DNA from: Clostridia bacterium
GTDB lineage: Bacteria > Bacillota > Clostridia > Christensenellales > Borkfalkiaceae
DNA: 64,000 nt
Assembly: GCA_017399035.1 (NCBI GenBank)
Contig: JAFQEM010000018.1
Span: 18,389-82,388 of the forward strand
Direction: 5' to 3'
Shown in pieces: positions 1-9,055 of the stretch (positions are counted from its first letter, which is position 1; each line of letters opens with the position of its first letter). The translations under genes and the position numbers were made by a program. The notes under the pieces are model-generated. The model made no database searches. It had not been told where the DNA came from and saw nothing but the letters and a program-made list of their open reading frames with translations.

Positions 1-189
1 TTGACCTAACAAAACCACCTTAACGTTTTCAAACGACGTATATTTCATACTGTTGAATATATCGTACATTGAGGGATAAACGGTATATTGAGAATATTCT
101 TTTTTCAAAAATTCCCTTAGTGCAAGATATTCTGCGCTAGAAAATTCTTCTTCTAAAATTGCATCCCACTCGCTTGAAATTTTTATCAT
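1..189 (-). CDS. ung: Uracil-DNA glycosylase, N-terminal 63 codons (gene runs off the window start)
   Basis: Minus-strand translation from ATG at 189: MIKISSEWDAILEEEFSSAEYLALREFLKKEYSQYTVYPSMYDIFNSMKYTSFENVKVVLLGQ. This matches the Ung N-terminus up to the VilGQDPY motif. Confidence 0.8.
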   Translation of the reverse strand, partial: MIKISSEWDAILEEEFSSAEYLALREFLKKEYSQYTVYPSMYDIFNSMKYTSFENVKVVLLGQ

Positions 190-265
190 TTGATAGTCCC
201 TTTTTACTTTAAGACTTTGCACAACAAAGTCAACTTCTAGTTTCTAATATAATAACATATTTTCT

Positions 266-294
266 TTGACAAAAGCAATATAATTTTATATAAT
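266..294 (+). promoter_or_regulatory. Sigma-A type promoter for mntP
   Basis: TTGACA (266-271), 17-nt spacer, TATAAT (289-294), about 50 nt upstream of the ATG at 347. Confidence 0.55.
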
Positions 295-346
295 ATTTTA
301 ATGTATATATACAATATTTTAATATATTTTCACTTAAAAGGTAAGT

Positions 347-934
347 ATGCAAATTTACGAAATAGTTTTAATAGGCTTGGTTTTAGCCATTGACGCGTGC
401 GCAGTTACCATTGCAAACTGTTCAACCCACAAAAACTGCTTGACTAAAGCGCAAGAGTGGTCTATGCCCATCACTTTTGCCATATTCCAAGGCGTTATGC
501 CACTAATAGGATATTTAGTCGGCTCGCTTTTTTCTTCGGTTTTAGCGTCTATAGCCAAATATTTAACCACAACTATTTTCTTTATATTAGCCATAAAAAT
601 CATAGTGGATATAATAAAAGAAAGTAAAGAAGAAATTATAACTAAAGACAGTTGCAAAAGAAAATCTGCTTTTACGTTATCTTTAGTTATTCTGCAAGCG
701 GTTGCAACAAGCATTGACGCGTTGGCGATAGGCGTAACGTTTATCGATTTAACTTTTTCAGTTTTTATTGCCGTTTCAATAATTGCCGGCGTTACCTTTT
801 TGTTAGTTACGCTTGCTCTATTTTTTGGAAAAACGCTTGGAAAAATTTTCGGAAAATATGCAGAGTGGGTTGGCGCAGGTATTTTATTATTGCTTGCAGT
901 AAAGGCCTTTTTAGAGGCATTAGGCGTTTTATAA
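347..934 (+). CDS. mntP: Manganese efflux pump MntP family (DUF204) membrane protein
   Basis: 195 aa with six hydrophobic segments. Duplicated LAIDAxAV / TSIDALAIG motifs are typical of MntP/YebN. Confidence 0.75.
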   Translation: MQIYEIVLIGLVLAIDACAVTIANCSTHKNCLTKAQEWSMPITFAIFQGVMPLIGYLVGSLFSSVLASIAKYLTTTIFFILAIKIIVDIIKESKEEIITKDSCKRKSAFTLSLVILQAVATSIDALAIGVTFIDLTFSVFIAVSIIAGVTFLLVTLALFFGKTLGKIFGKYAEWVGAGILLLLAVKAFLEALGVL

Positions 935-951
935 ATTAAATAACGGAACAA

Positions 952-1002
952 AAAATCCCTAACGGTTTAGTTTTTTATAAGCCATTAGGGATTTTGTTTT
1001 TT
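952..1002. terminator. Hairpin plus T-tract between convergent mntP and yihY
   Basis: aaaatccctaa (952-962) pairs with ttagggatttt (985-995), followed by tgtttttt. The right arm overlaps the last codons of the minus-strand gene. Confidence 0.55.
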
Positions 1003-1838
1003 AATTTTTTAGAAAATTTATATTTAATCGGCTTTTCCTTTTTTAATAAAATTTCGGTTTCTTTTAGTCTTGCGTTTATTATTACGCCAACCACCATGCC
1101 CAACATCAAAATATACACCCACAACAAAAACACTATTACCCCTGCAAGACTTCCGTAAAAAGCGTTATAAGAATTAAAAACTCTGATATATACGGCAAAG
1201 CCTATCGTTCCCAACACTATGGCAAAAAGCGAAACCAACGAACCTATTGCAACCTGACTAAAGTTGGTTTTTTGCGGACAAATAAACTTGTTGAGCAAAA
1301 CTATAATCACAAAAGATATTGCAATAACCATAAAACAGCCGATAACGGTTGTTATAAGTTTTTTAGCACCGCCAACTAAAAATGAAAAATTAAAAAGTTC
1401 ACTGCCAAAAGCAACCAAAAAAGCCCCGCCTAAAAAAAGCGCAAACAACGCGCCAAGCGATAACAGCGCAAACACCCTTCTCATTATACCTCGCTTATAT
1501 TGAGATTTTTGCCCGTAAATAAAATCACCGTCTTTTGACATTTGATTTAACAATCTTATGCAAGAATAAGTTGCGGTTAAAACAAACAATAAAGTTGCGC
1601 CGTTCGACGCGCGACTTGCCGTGCTAACAATCACTTCGCCTGCGCCACGAAACTCTTCGGGAAGTCTAGAAACCATATCGGTTGAAAACTCTACGCCAAA
1701 CACGCCAAAAGCAGTTATTATTAAAAAAACTAGCGGAATTATTGCAGTTAAAAAATAAAACACCCACGCGCCAGCAACGGTAGACAATCTTTTTTGTGCA
1801 AACAATTCGTAAAAGTTTTTTACAGATTTTTTGACCAT
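975..1838 (-). CDS. YihY/BrkB (virulence factor BrkB / RNase BN-like) family membrane protein
   Basis: N-terminus VKNFYELFAQKRLSTVAGAWVFYFLTAIIPLVFLI plus 5-6 TM helices is characteristic of the family. I prefer the ATG at 1838 because the track start (1865) lies inside the 1841-1875 hairpin. Confidence 0.7.
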   Translation of the reverse strand: MVKKSVKNFYELFAQKRLSTVAGAWVFYFLTAIIPLVFLIITAFGVFGVEFSTDMVSRLPEEFRGAGEVIVSTASRASNGATLLFVLTATYSCIRLLNQMSKDGDFIYGQKSQYKRGIMRRVFALLSLGALFALFLGGAFLVAFGSELFNFSFLVGGAKKLITTVIGCFMVIAISFVIIVLLNKFICPQKTNFSQVAIGSLVSLFAIVLGTIGFAVYIRVFNSYNAFYGSLAGVIVFLLWVYILMLGMVVGVIINARLKETEILLKKEKPIKYKFSKKLKNKIPNGL

Positions 1839-1840
1839 AA

Positions 1841-1875
1841 TATAAACAGTTTGCGAATTTCGCAAACTGTTTATA
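1841..1875. other. Perfect 15-bp inverted repeat (hairpin or operator) between the 1-PFK gene and yihY
   Basis: tataaacagtttgcg (1841-1855), loop aattt, cgcaaactgtttata (1861-1875). No T-tract on either side. Confidence 0.5.
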
Positions 1876-1892
1876 CTTTGTATTGATTTTAA

Positions 1893-2819
1893 TTACATTT
1901 TTTGTGAGAATATTTTAGAATAAATTTCGTTATATTTATCCTTATAGAAAAGGTTTGTTCCGCTAGTAGTAACCGACGCCGTGCCTGCAGCAACCGACAT
2001 TTTTAAGAGTTCGTGCATAGGTACGCCTTTAAGCAACCCTACGCACGCAGCGGCCACCATACTGTCGCCTGCGCCAACCGTAGAATTTACGGCAACCGAC
2101 GCAGATTTGCAAAAATAACTTTCCTTTCCGTCAGTCAAAATTGCGCCGTCTGCCCCTAAAGACACAAGTACGTTTTGAACGCCTTTGTCGATATACTTAT
2201 ACGCCGCTCTAACCATATCTTTAAGGTCAACCACCGTTTCCCCTGCAAAACTTTCAAGTTCACGAAGATTTGGTTTTGCCATAAAAATTTCACGGCTACC
2301 TATGGCAGAAAGCATATTGTTTTTTTCAGTATCTACTATAACTTTAACGTGCTTGGGAATTACCGACAAAACTTCGCCGTAAAACTCGTGCGAAACGCCC
2401 TTTGGTAAACTTCCGCTCATAACTGCAATTTCACTTTCGGGGGCTATTTTTTCAACGAATTTTATAAGGTCTAATTGTTTATCTCTATCAACAGTTTCGC
2501 CCCTGTCGTTTATTTCCGTAAGCATTGAGCGTTTGTCAATAATTTTATAGTTTACCCTTGCGCTACCTTTATTGTAAATAAAACCGTGTTTTACACCCTC
2601 TTTATCAAGAACGTGTTCAAACATCCTACCGTGGTCTTCAGACATAAACCCCGTTGCAAAACTTTGTTCACCAAGCCTTGCCACGCCAACGGCAACGTTT
2701 AACGCTTTGCCCGAATAAGTTTCTACCTTGCTGTCTATCTTGTTGAGTTTGCCTACATTTAAACTGTCTAATTCTATAGTACAGTCAATGCTAGGGTTCG
2801 GACATATCGTAAGTATCAT
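1893..2819 (-). CDS. 1-phosphofructokinase family hexose kinase (PfkB/ribokinase superfamily)
   Basis: 308 aa. N-terminus MILTICPNPSIDCTIELD and C-terminal NSTVGAGDSMVAA (GAGD anion hole) are typical of FruK/LacC-type kinases. Confidence 0.85.
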   Translation of the reverse strand: MILTICPNPSIDCTIELDSLNVGKLNKIDSKVETYSGKALNVAVGVARLGEQSFATGFMSEDHGRMFEHVLDKEGVKHGFIYNKGSARVNYKIIDKRSMLTEINDRGETVDRDKQLDLIKFVEKIAPESEIAVMSGSLPKGVSHEFYGEVLSVIPKHVKVIVDTEKNNMLSAIGSREIFMAKPNLRELESFAGETVVDLKDMVRAAYKYIDKGVQNVLVSLGADGAILTDGKESYFCKSASVAVNSTVGAGDSMVAAACVGLLKGVPMHELLKMSVAAGTASVTTSGTNLFYKDKYNEIYSKIFSQKM

Positions 2820-2855
2820 TATACCATCTCCTATGCGTTTTAATTTATAAACGCT

Positions 2856-4916
2856 TTATTTATTTGCCTCTGCAATAATTTTTTCTTGAGCAGAGAAAGG
2901 AACTTCTTCATAGCCTAGCAGTTCGCTTGAGAATTTTCCACGGCCCTGCGTCATACTTCTTAAATCGGTTGCATATTTAAGCATTTCAACCAAGGGGGCT
3001 TCTGCCGTAATTTCTTGCAAACCGTCTACAGTTTCCATACCCAAAATTCTACCGCGACGTTTGTTCATATCGCCCAAAATATCGCCGGTATAATTATCAG
3101 GTATTGTAATCTTATAAGTATAAATAGGCTCTAAAATTACGGGTTTTGCCTTGCGGATTGCCTCGTCATAAGCAAGTTTTGCAGCAGAGACGAACGCAAC
3201 TTCTTTACTATCAACAGGGTGATATTTACCGTCGAACAAGGTGCACTTTAAGTTGACCATAGGATAGCCTGCAAGCACGCCCTTTTGAATTGCCTCTCTC
3301 AAACCTTTTTCAACCGCAGGTATAAATTGTTTTGGAACAGAACCACCAACCGTTTCGTCAACGAATTCAAACATACCGTCAGACGCACCCGATTCAAACT
3401 TAATATTTACCACACCAAATTGACCTGCGCCACCAGTTTGTTTCTTATGCTTACCTTCAGCCTCTGCCTTGCCGGTTATAGTTTCTTTAAATGCAACCTT
3501 TGGTTCACTTAAAACTGCTTCACAACCAAATTTTGCTTTAAGTTTTTTGCAAAGAACTTCTAAATGTGTTTCGCCTTGACCACGAATAACCGTTTCTAAA
3601 GTATCTTTATCTTTTTCTACCTTAAACGTTAAATCTTCTTCAGCCAAACGGTTAAGACCTTGGAAAACTTTATCTTCTTCGCCAGATTTAGCGGCAGAAA
3701 TCTTCATAGTAAGCACGGGTTTTGGGAAAGCAATATCAAAGAACTTAACCTTTACTTTCTCGTCGCACAACGTGTCGCTAGTGTTAGTATTTACAAGTTT
3801 ATTAACCGCGCCTATGTCGCCTGCAACAAGTTCGTCAACGGGTTCTTGTTTTTTGCCTTTCATAACGTAAAGACCGTTAATGCGCTCTTTTTCGCCCGTG
3901 GTGGAATTAAGCACGGTCATACCACTCTTAAGCGAACCTGTAAACACCCTTATCATATTAAGTTTACCAACGAACGGGTCGGCAACGGTCTTGAAAACTT
4001 GCGCAGCAAAAGGCTTATCCGCATCACAAACGATAGATTGAACGTCGCCGTTAGCGTCGGTAGCAAGCACGGGTCTTCTTTCAAAAGGCGACGGCAACAA
4101 GTCAACTATTTCATACATAACGTTAAGAACGCCCATATTTTGAAGTGCCGAGCCACCCATAATAGGAATTGTTTCCCCCACGCAAAGACCTGCGCGAATA
4201 CCCGCAACAACTTCGTCGTTAGAGAGCGTGCCTTCTGCAAAGAATTTATCAAGAAGTTCTTCACTAGTTTCTGCGGCAGCCTCTATTAGCGCATCTTTCA
4301 AAATTTTAACGTCGTCAGCCATAGCGGGCGGAACTTCAACGGCAGTTCTGCCACCTGGTGAAAATTCAAAAGCCTTGCCTGAAATAACTGAAACGTAACC
4401 TTTCATCTTTCCGTCACGCATAATAGGCAAGTGCGTTGGTGAAATTTTTCTGCCGTATTTAGCGCGGAACGCCTCAACGGTTGCAACGTAATTGCTGTTT
4501 TCTTTATCAACGCCGTTTACAAAAATCATAAGCGGAATGTGGCGACGCAAGCAATAATCAATGGCTTTTTCTGAACCTACGCTCAAAGCCCCGTTAGCGT
4601 CTGCAACTAAAATTGCAGAACCTACCGCACGCATTGCCTCTTCAAATTCGCCCTCAAAATCATAAAAACCTGGAACGTCAATAATGTTAATTTTACAATC
4701 TTCCCAGTAAGTGTAGGCGCAAGCGAGAGAAATAGAAATTCCCCTTTGCATCTCTTGTTCGTCATAATCCATAACGGTATTTTTATCAGTAGTTTTGCCT
4801 AATCTGTCAATACTTTTGCCGTTAAACAAAATTGCTTCTGCAAGAGAAGTTTTGCCCGAACCACTGTGGCCTATAATCGCCACGTTTCTTATTTTATCAG
4901 AAGTTATTTTACCCAT
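2856..4916 (-). CDS. Elongation factor G paralog (EF-G2-like translational GTPase)
   Basis: 686 aa. G1 motif GHSGSGKTS, DVPG (G3), NGVD (G4), and EF-G domains II-V are visible. The P-loop is non-canonical (not AHxDxGKT), as in EF-G2 paralogs. RBS aagggggA precedes the start. Confidence 0.85.
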   Translation of the reverse strand: MGKITSDKIRNVAIIGHSGSGKTSLAEAILFNGKSIDRLGKTTDKNTVMDYDEQEMQRGISISLACAYTYWEDCKINIIDVPGFYDFEGEFEEAMRAVGSAILVADANGALSVGSEKAIDYCLRRHIPLMIFVNGVDKENSNYVATVEAFRAKYGRKISPTHLPIMRDGKMKGYVSVISGKAFEFSPGGRTAVEVPPAMADDVKILKDALIEAAAETSEELLDKFFAEGTLSNDEVVAGIRAGLCVGETIPIMGGSALQNMGVLNVMYEIVDLLPSPFERRPVLATDANGDVQSIVCDADKPFAAQVFKTVADPFVGKLNMIRVFTGSLKSGMTVLNSTTGEKERINGLYVMKGKKQEPVDELVAGDIGAVNKLVNTNTSDTLCDEKVKVKFFDIAFPKPVLTMKISAAKSGEEDKVFQGLNRLAEEDLTFKVEKDKDTLETVIRGQGETHLEVLCKKLKAKFGCEAVLSEPKVAFKETITGKAEAEGKHKKQTGGAGQFGVVNIKFESGASDGMFEFVDETVGGSVPKQFIPAVEKGLREAIQKGVLAGYPMVNLKCTLFDGKYHPVDSKEVAFVSAAKLAYDEAIRKAKPVILEPIYTYKITIPDNYTGDILGDMNKRRGRILGMETVDGLQEITAEAPLVEMLKYATDLRSMTQGRGKFSSELLGYEEVPFSAQEKIIAEANK

Positions 4917-5084
4917 AATGTTTGTCCCCCTTGATTAAAAAATCTAAAAAATATGGTAAAATTCAAACCGCCACTTGCGGTTAATCTTATTATAAACCAA
5001 AACTTAAGATTTTTCAAGGGGGTTTTTAAATTTAGCCAAATTTTTTTAACAACGGCAATGTAGGAAAAAAATAATTATTAAAGT

Positions 5085-5471
5085 TTAATAATCGCCGTCG
5101 TCTATTCTACCATCAAAAGAAGATGCAAAATCTTCTGCCGAAAAATTAGAAGAATGATTACCACAAGGTGGTGGGCAAGGCGGTTTTTTGGGCGGTTTAA
5201 TAGGTCTTGGCGGACGGTTATCCCCATCAAAGCACCTAACGTCAACCAAAATAACGTCGCCACCTATTTTTATAATTTTGCTCTCTTCAATGTAAACTTG
5301 CGTTTTATCAAAACACTTAAAAAGTCCCCTAACCTTTCGCCCAGGTACAATAATCCCCACCAACTTGCCTTCGGGAAATTTAAGTTTAATATCGGTAATA
5401 CGCCCCAAACATCTTCCGTCTGAAATATTTATAACGTCTCTTTTTGTAAGTTCGCTGTAAGAAAGTTCCAT
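5085..5471 (-). CDS. YlmC/YmxH family sporulation protein (PRC-barrel) with a Pro/Cys-rich C-terminal tail
   Basis: From M14 of the track ORF: MELSYSELTKRDVINISDGRCLGRITDIKL...GKLVGIIVPG matches the YlmC/YmxH pattern. The tail is NRPPRPIKPPKKPPCPPPCG. Confidence 0.8.
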   Translation of the reverse strand: MELSYSELTKRDVINISDGRCLGRITDIKLKFPEGKLVGIIVPGRKVRGLFKCFDKTQVYIEESKIIKIGGDVILVDVRCFDGDNRPPRPIKPPKKPPCPPPCGNHSSNFSAEDFASSFDGRIDDGDY

Positions 5472-5504
5472 ACTTTCATCATATGCAACAAACAATCTGA
5501 AATA

Positions 5505-5538
5505 TAACAAAAACCGCGCTTAAAACCATAAGCGCGGT
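5505..5538 (-). terminator. Rho-independent terminator ending the SipW operon
   Basis: Minus strand: accgcgctta-tggttt-taagcgcggt (10-bp stem, 5513-5538) followed by ttttgtt. Confidence 0.8.
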
Positions 5539-5562
5539 AAAATTTAATTTATAATCAATTCG

Positions 5563-6549
5563 TTAAGCCTGCGTTATTGAGAATACGGCGGACGAAGAAC
5601 CAACCACTTTTATATAATAAGTGTTAGTATTGTTGCCCGACCTAAACCTTAACGATTGCGACCCTTGACTTCCGGAATCTAAAGATAACAATTTCTCGTT
5701 ACTATCGTATGCGTAAATAGTGGTATTTTCCGTTTCGGTGGTAAGAGTTATATAAATTCTTGAAGTTGTGGTAATTTTATACCACATTTCGCCATAACTT
5801 CCAAAGTCTACGCTAACATCTTGCCCTACAAAAGCATTGATTGCTGTGCCTTTTTGACTGCCGATATATCCAGCAACCCAGTTATCAATGTTAAAACCAG
5901 GGTCAACCGCTACACCCAAGATAGGGTTTTGATAGTACGCCGACGGCGCACTGCCTATTTCGGTAAGAATTGCTTCCCAACGTCCGTTTTCATTAAGTTT
6001 AAGCGTTGTGCGATATATCGGATATATAGTTTGACCTATTGCTATGTTGGGGTTTCTTCTTGCGCCCAAAGGTACGCTTGTGGTAAATAAATAATAAAAA
6101 TCATCAGAACCGTCTGGGAAGTTAAGCACGAACGAAACTTCAGAAGTTGCCTCGTTCAAGTCAAAATAGTTATTTATGGTATCGTCTTCCCAAATATCCA
6201 TACTACCAAGCATATCAGCATCTCGCCACCAAATGCTTTTTCTTTCGGATATTTGCTCAACCAAATAAGAACCTTCCGTGTTAAGCCCAACGCCTACCGT
6301 TTGACCATTTTCCGTTGTAGTTCCGTTCAAGATATTATCAATAAGTTTATGGTGGTCTTGACCAGCCTGATTGTTAGGCAAGCCCTCTGAACCTTTCCAT
6401 TGAAACAAACTTATATCTATATTTAAGTTAAGTTGTTCTGGCGCAGCCCTATAATAAAGCCACGCACCGTGAACGCTAAAATTAGAAAGAAGGAATGCCA
6501 AAAAACACACTAACGCGACTATATAACTAGTTAGTTTTAATTTTTTCAT
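5563..6549 (-). CDS. Secreted protein of unknown function; candidate SipW substrate
   Basis: 328 aa. The N-terminal signal MKKLKLTSYIVALVCFLAFLLSNFSVHGAWLYY ends in a G-AW-Y motif shared with the 211-aa protein. The C-terminal ~75 aa (YKITTTSRIYITL...YYIKVVGSSSAVFSITQA) resemble a PPC-type beta-sandwich pattern; this last point is inference only. Confidence 0.6.
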   Translation of the reverse strand: MKKLKLTSYIVALVCFLAFLLSNFSVHGAWLYYRAAPEQLNLNIDISLFQWKGSEGLPNNQAGQDHHKLIDNILNGTTTENGQTVGVGLNTEGSYLVEQISERKSIWWRDADMLGSMDIWEDDTINNYFDLNEATSEVSFVLNFPDGSDDFYYLFTTSVPLGARRNPNIAIGQTIYPIYRTTLKLNENGRWEAILTEIGSAPSAYYQNPILGVAVDPGFNIDNWVAGYIGSQKGTAINAFVGQDVSVDFGSYGEMWYKITTTSRIYITLTTETENTTIYAYDSNEKLLSLDSGSQGSQSLRFRSGNNTNTYYIKVVGSSSAVFSITQA

Positions 6550-6580
6550 AGCGTACCTCCTTTTTAATTTTTTTAGTTTT

Positions 6581-9055
6581 TTACCAAATGCTTTCTATTA
6601 TCTTTTTAACGTTTTTAACTTTTCTGTTCGAAGTTATTTTAACTTGCAACGGATAATTTGCGTGCGTTTTTATCAAAGAAACGTCTTTTGCGCCAAGATG
6701 AGCAGACGTAAATTGTGCAGGGTTTGCGCCGATAAATGCGTAAAGCGACTTACCCTTAATTGCAAATTTAACCACAGGTTTAAGCCCTTTCTTGAACGAC
6801 ACGCCTTTTTTGCTATCGTATCTAGTCAACTTTTCATTTTGTTTCAAGAATGAAGTCAACTCTTTATACCACGCCTTGCGCTCGTCGGAAAGTAAAGACA
6901 ATTTTTTCTTGAAAGAATAATTTTTTCTTCCGTAATAAGTGTTGCCAAAGTCTTTTTGTCTTACGCCACCAAACTTATCGTAAACGATATCAGTTACGTA
7001 GCCTACTCTACGTTCGCTTGTAAGTTTAAACTGCGTAGGTACGGTTGCAAACGCTTTAACCAAAGACACGTCTTTTATGCCGTATTTAGGCTCTGAATAT
7101 TCGCTAGGTTCAACCGCCATACAAATTATTATAGTCTTTCCACGAATTGTTAGTTTTGCAAGAGTTTTATTGCCCTTGCGGAAAGTTATTCCACGTTTAC
7201 CTAATATCTCTTTAACGTCTTCAATCGTTTTGAAAGCGGATATAAGTTGGCTATACCAAGCCATACGCTCGCTATCAAGCAATGCAAGTTTTTGTTCAAA
7301 AGTCTTTCTTTCGCCACTAAAATTAAAACCGTTATTTTCAGAAGTTTGAGAAAGGTCTTCAATAAACTTTTCTTTATTTATTTTGAATTTATCTCTATTG
7401 CCACCCAACTTATCAAAAACGACGTCCATAGTATAGCCTAACCTACGTTCACTTGTAAGTTTAAACTGTGTAGGTACGGTTGTATACGCTTTAACCGAAG
7501 ATACGTCTTTTGCGCCGTATTTAGGTTCTAGATATTCGCTAGGTTCAACAGCCATACAAACTATTATCGTCTTTCCACGAATTGTTAATTTAGTAAGCGT
7601 TTTGTTGCCTTTGCGGAAAGTCATACCACGGTTGCCAAGCAATATTTTTACATTTTCAATAGTTTTGAACGCACCCACAAGTTTGTTAAACCAAACCATA
7701 CGTTCATTATCAAGCAAGGCAAGTTTTTGAACAAAGGTTTTTCTTTGACCACCAAAGTCAAAACCATTTTCAGGTTCAACGGCAGTTGTTGCAACTTCTT
7801 GAACGGTAAAGTGCTCTGTGTATAGATATTTATCTCTATTTCCGCCAAGTTTGTCAAAAATAACGTCTTTTACGTAACCAACCCTGCGCTCGCTTGTAAG
7901 TTTAAACTGCGTGGGTACGGTTGCATACGCTTTAACCGAAGACACGTCTTTTGCGCCGTATTTAGGTTCTAGATATTCGCTAGGTTCAACGGCAGTGCAA
8001 ACGACTATGGTTTTACCGCTGATTGAAAGTTTTGCAAGCGTTTTGCTACCCTTTCTAAAAGTCATACCACGCTTACTTTCACTAACCCTTAAGCCGTCTA
8101 TGGTATATAACGCGCTTAAAATTTGATTAAACCAAATTAAACGTTCTTTATTTAATTTTGCAAGTTTTTCTCTAAACGTAAGCCTATTTCCCGTACCAAA
8201 AGCAAGTGTAGCGTCGGTTGAGGTTGCGCCGTCGGGAACGTTTGCCGAACCTTCCGCAACAGGCGTTGCCAACGAAAGAATAAGTTGATAGCGTTCACTG
8301 CGCGCACCGTTTATTTTTTTCTCAATAATAGGCAATGCAATGGTTGCAAACACTATCAAAATAAAACACAATATTCCTGCGGGGCTTTGCATAAAATACA
8401 CAAAACTACCAATGCACGGAACTCTTTCCCCACGATAAATACTTCTCATTTGACTGTATCTAACGGGAAAACGGTCAGGATATTGCACCGCATCACCCTG
8501 CAACAAAAAATGCCTTTCATTAGGGTGCTTTTCGTTAGGTTCTTCTATACCTACGATACGGTGAACGAGCATATACCCCTCAACTTCGTAAACGACTATA
8601 TCGTAAAGTTTAAGGTCTTCTTCTTTAGGAAGTTGATGCAAAACTATTAGGTCGTAAGTGTCAATTTGATTATCTAATTTGTTATCAAACAAATATTTAT
8701 TCTTTTCGTATTTTGAAGACATTGACGGACTGGCAACAACCTTAACTGCGGGAATATTTTTAACCAAACCGTCGCCAAATAAAGAAGTATAGGCAGAAAA
8801 AATAAAAACAACCGATAAAAGGGTACACAAAACTATAGGCACAATCTTTTCAACTATCCCTAAAAAATTACCCTTTTTGCGATTGTTTTGTTCGCTATAT
8901 TCTTTTTTAATATCTTCGTCGTCAAGTCCGCCCCTAATTATGCGTAATTGCGTTTTTACCATAGAAACTATTATGCAAGTAAAAAGCGCCGTAAACGCAG
9001 AAAATACGAACAAGCACAACAAAAGTACGTAAGTTTTAAATTCCATATTAGACAA
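6581..9055 (-). CDS. SipW/archaeal-type (S26B) signal peptidase I fused to four tandem ~145-aa C-terminal repeats
   Basis: 824 aa. Motifs VASPSMS (Ser), LVHRIVG (His) and LQGDAVQYPD align with B. subtilis SipW SGSMEP / THRIV / KGDNNxxxD. TM helices at aa ~8-33, ~72-92 and ~227-245. Then come four repeats of the type F-x-KL-x-L...GMTFRKGxKTLAKLxIxGKT...EPKYGAKDVS. The track start is TTG at 9055; the alternative ATG is at 9046. Confidence 0.8.
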   Translation of the reverse strand: MSNMEFKTYVLLLCLFVFSAFTALFTCIIVSMVKTQLRIIRGGLDDEDIKKEYSEQNNRKKGNFLGIVEKIVPIVLCTLLSVVFIFSAYTSLFGDGLVKNIPAVKVVASPSMSSKYEKNKYLFDNKLDNQIDTYDLIVLHQLPKEEDLKLYDIVVYEVEGYMLVHRIVGIEEPNEKHPNERHFLLQGDAVQYPDRFPVRYSQMRSIYRGERVPCIGSFVYFMQSPAGILCFILIVFATIALPIIEKKINGARSERYQLILSLATPVAEGSANVPDGATSTDATLAFGTGNRLTFREKLAKLNKERLIWFNQILSALYTIDGLRVSESKRGMTFRKGSKTLAKLSISGKTIVVCTAVEPSEYLEPKYGAKDVSSVKAYATVPTQFKLTSERRVGYVKDVIFDKLGGNRDKYLYTEHFTVQEVATTAVEPENGFDFGGQRKTFVQKLALLDNERMVWFNKLVGAFKTIENVKILLGNRGMTFRKGNKTLTKLTIRGKTIIVCMAVEPSEYLEPKYGAKDVSSVKAYTTVPTQFKLTSERRLGYTMDVVFDKLGGNRDKFKINKEKFIEDLSQTSENNGFNFSGERKTFEQKLALLDSERMAWYSQLISAFKTIEDVKEILGKRGITFRKGNKTLAKLTIRGKTIIICMAVEPSEYSEPKYGIKDVSLVKAFATVPTQFKLTSERRVGYVTDIVYDKFGGVRQKDFGNTYYGRKNYSFKKKLSLLSDERKAWYKELTSFLKQNEKLTRYDSKKGVSFKKGLKPVVKFAIKGKSLYAFIGANPAQFTSAHLGAKDVSLIKTHANYPLQVKITSNRKVKNVKKIIESIW
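6584..8209 (-). repeat. In-frame tandem coding repeat, 4 units (period 435-441 nt for the three best-conserved units)
   Basis: The landmark gtaagtttaaactg recurs at 7020, 7455 and 7896, with long near-identical flanks. The 3'-most unit (about 6584-7000) is more diverged. Confidence 0.85.

Noticed and set aside
190-346. Possible yybP-ykoY Mn riboswitch upstream of mntP
   Set aside because: The intergenic region is only ~155 nt and extremely AT-rich. The promoter lies ~50 nt from the ATG. None of the conserved G-rich riboswitch segments (GGGGAGUAG-like) is present.
355-951. 198-aa minus-strand ORF covering the whole of mntP
   Set aside because: It is the antisense shadow of a clearly recognisable MntP-family gene. 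It has no RBS and its composition is hydrophobic/low-complexity, typical of reverse-frame artefacts.
3660-4289. 209-aa plus-strand ORF inside the EF-G paralog (and similar ORFs at 3285-3512, 2175-2408, 1264-1503)
   Set aside because: These are antisense to confidently identified genes. They have no family resemblance and no start context.
5478-5507. Sigma-E-like motif TTATATT-N15-CATATGAT upstream of ylmC
   Set aside because: The -10 element ends only 6 nt before the ATG, so the transcript would lack an RBS. The -35 element overlaps the upstream terminator's T-tract. This is probably a chance match in AT-rich DNA.
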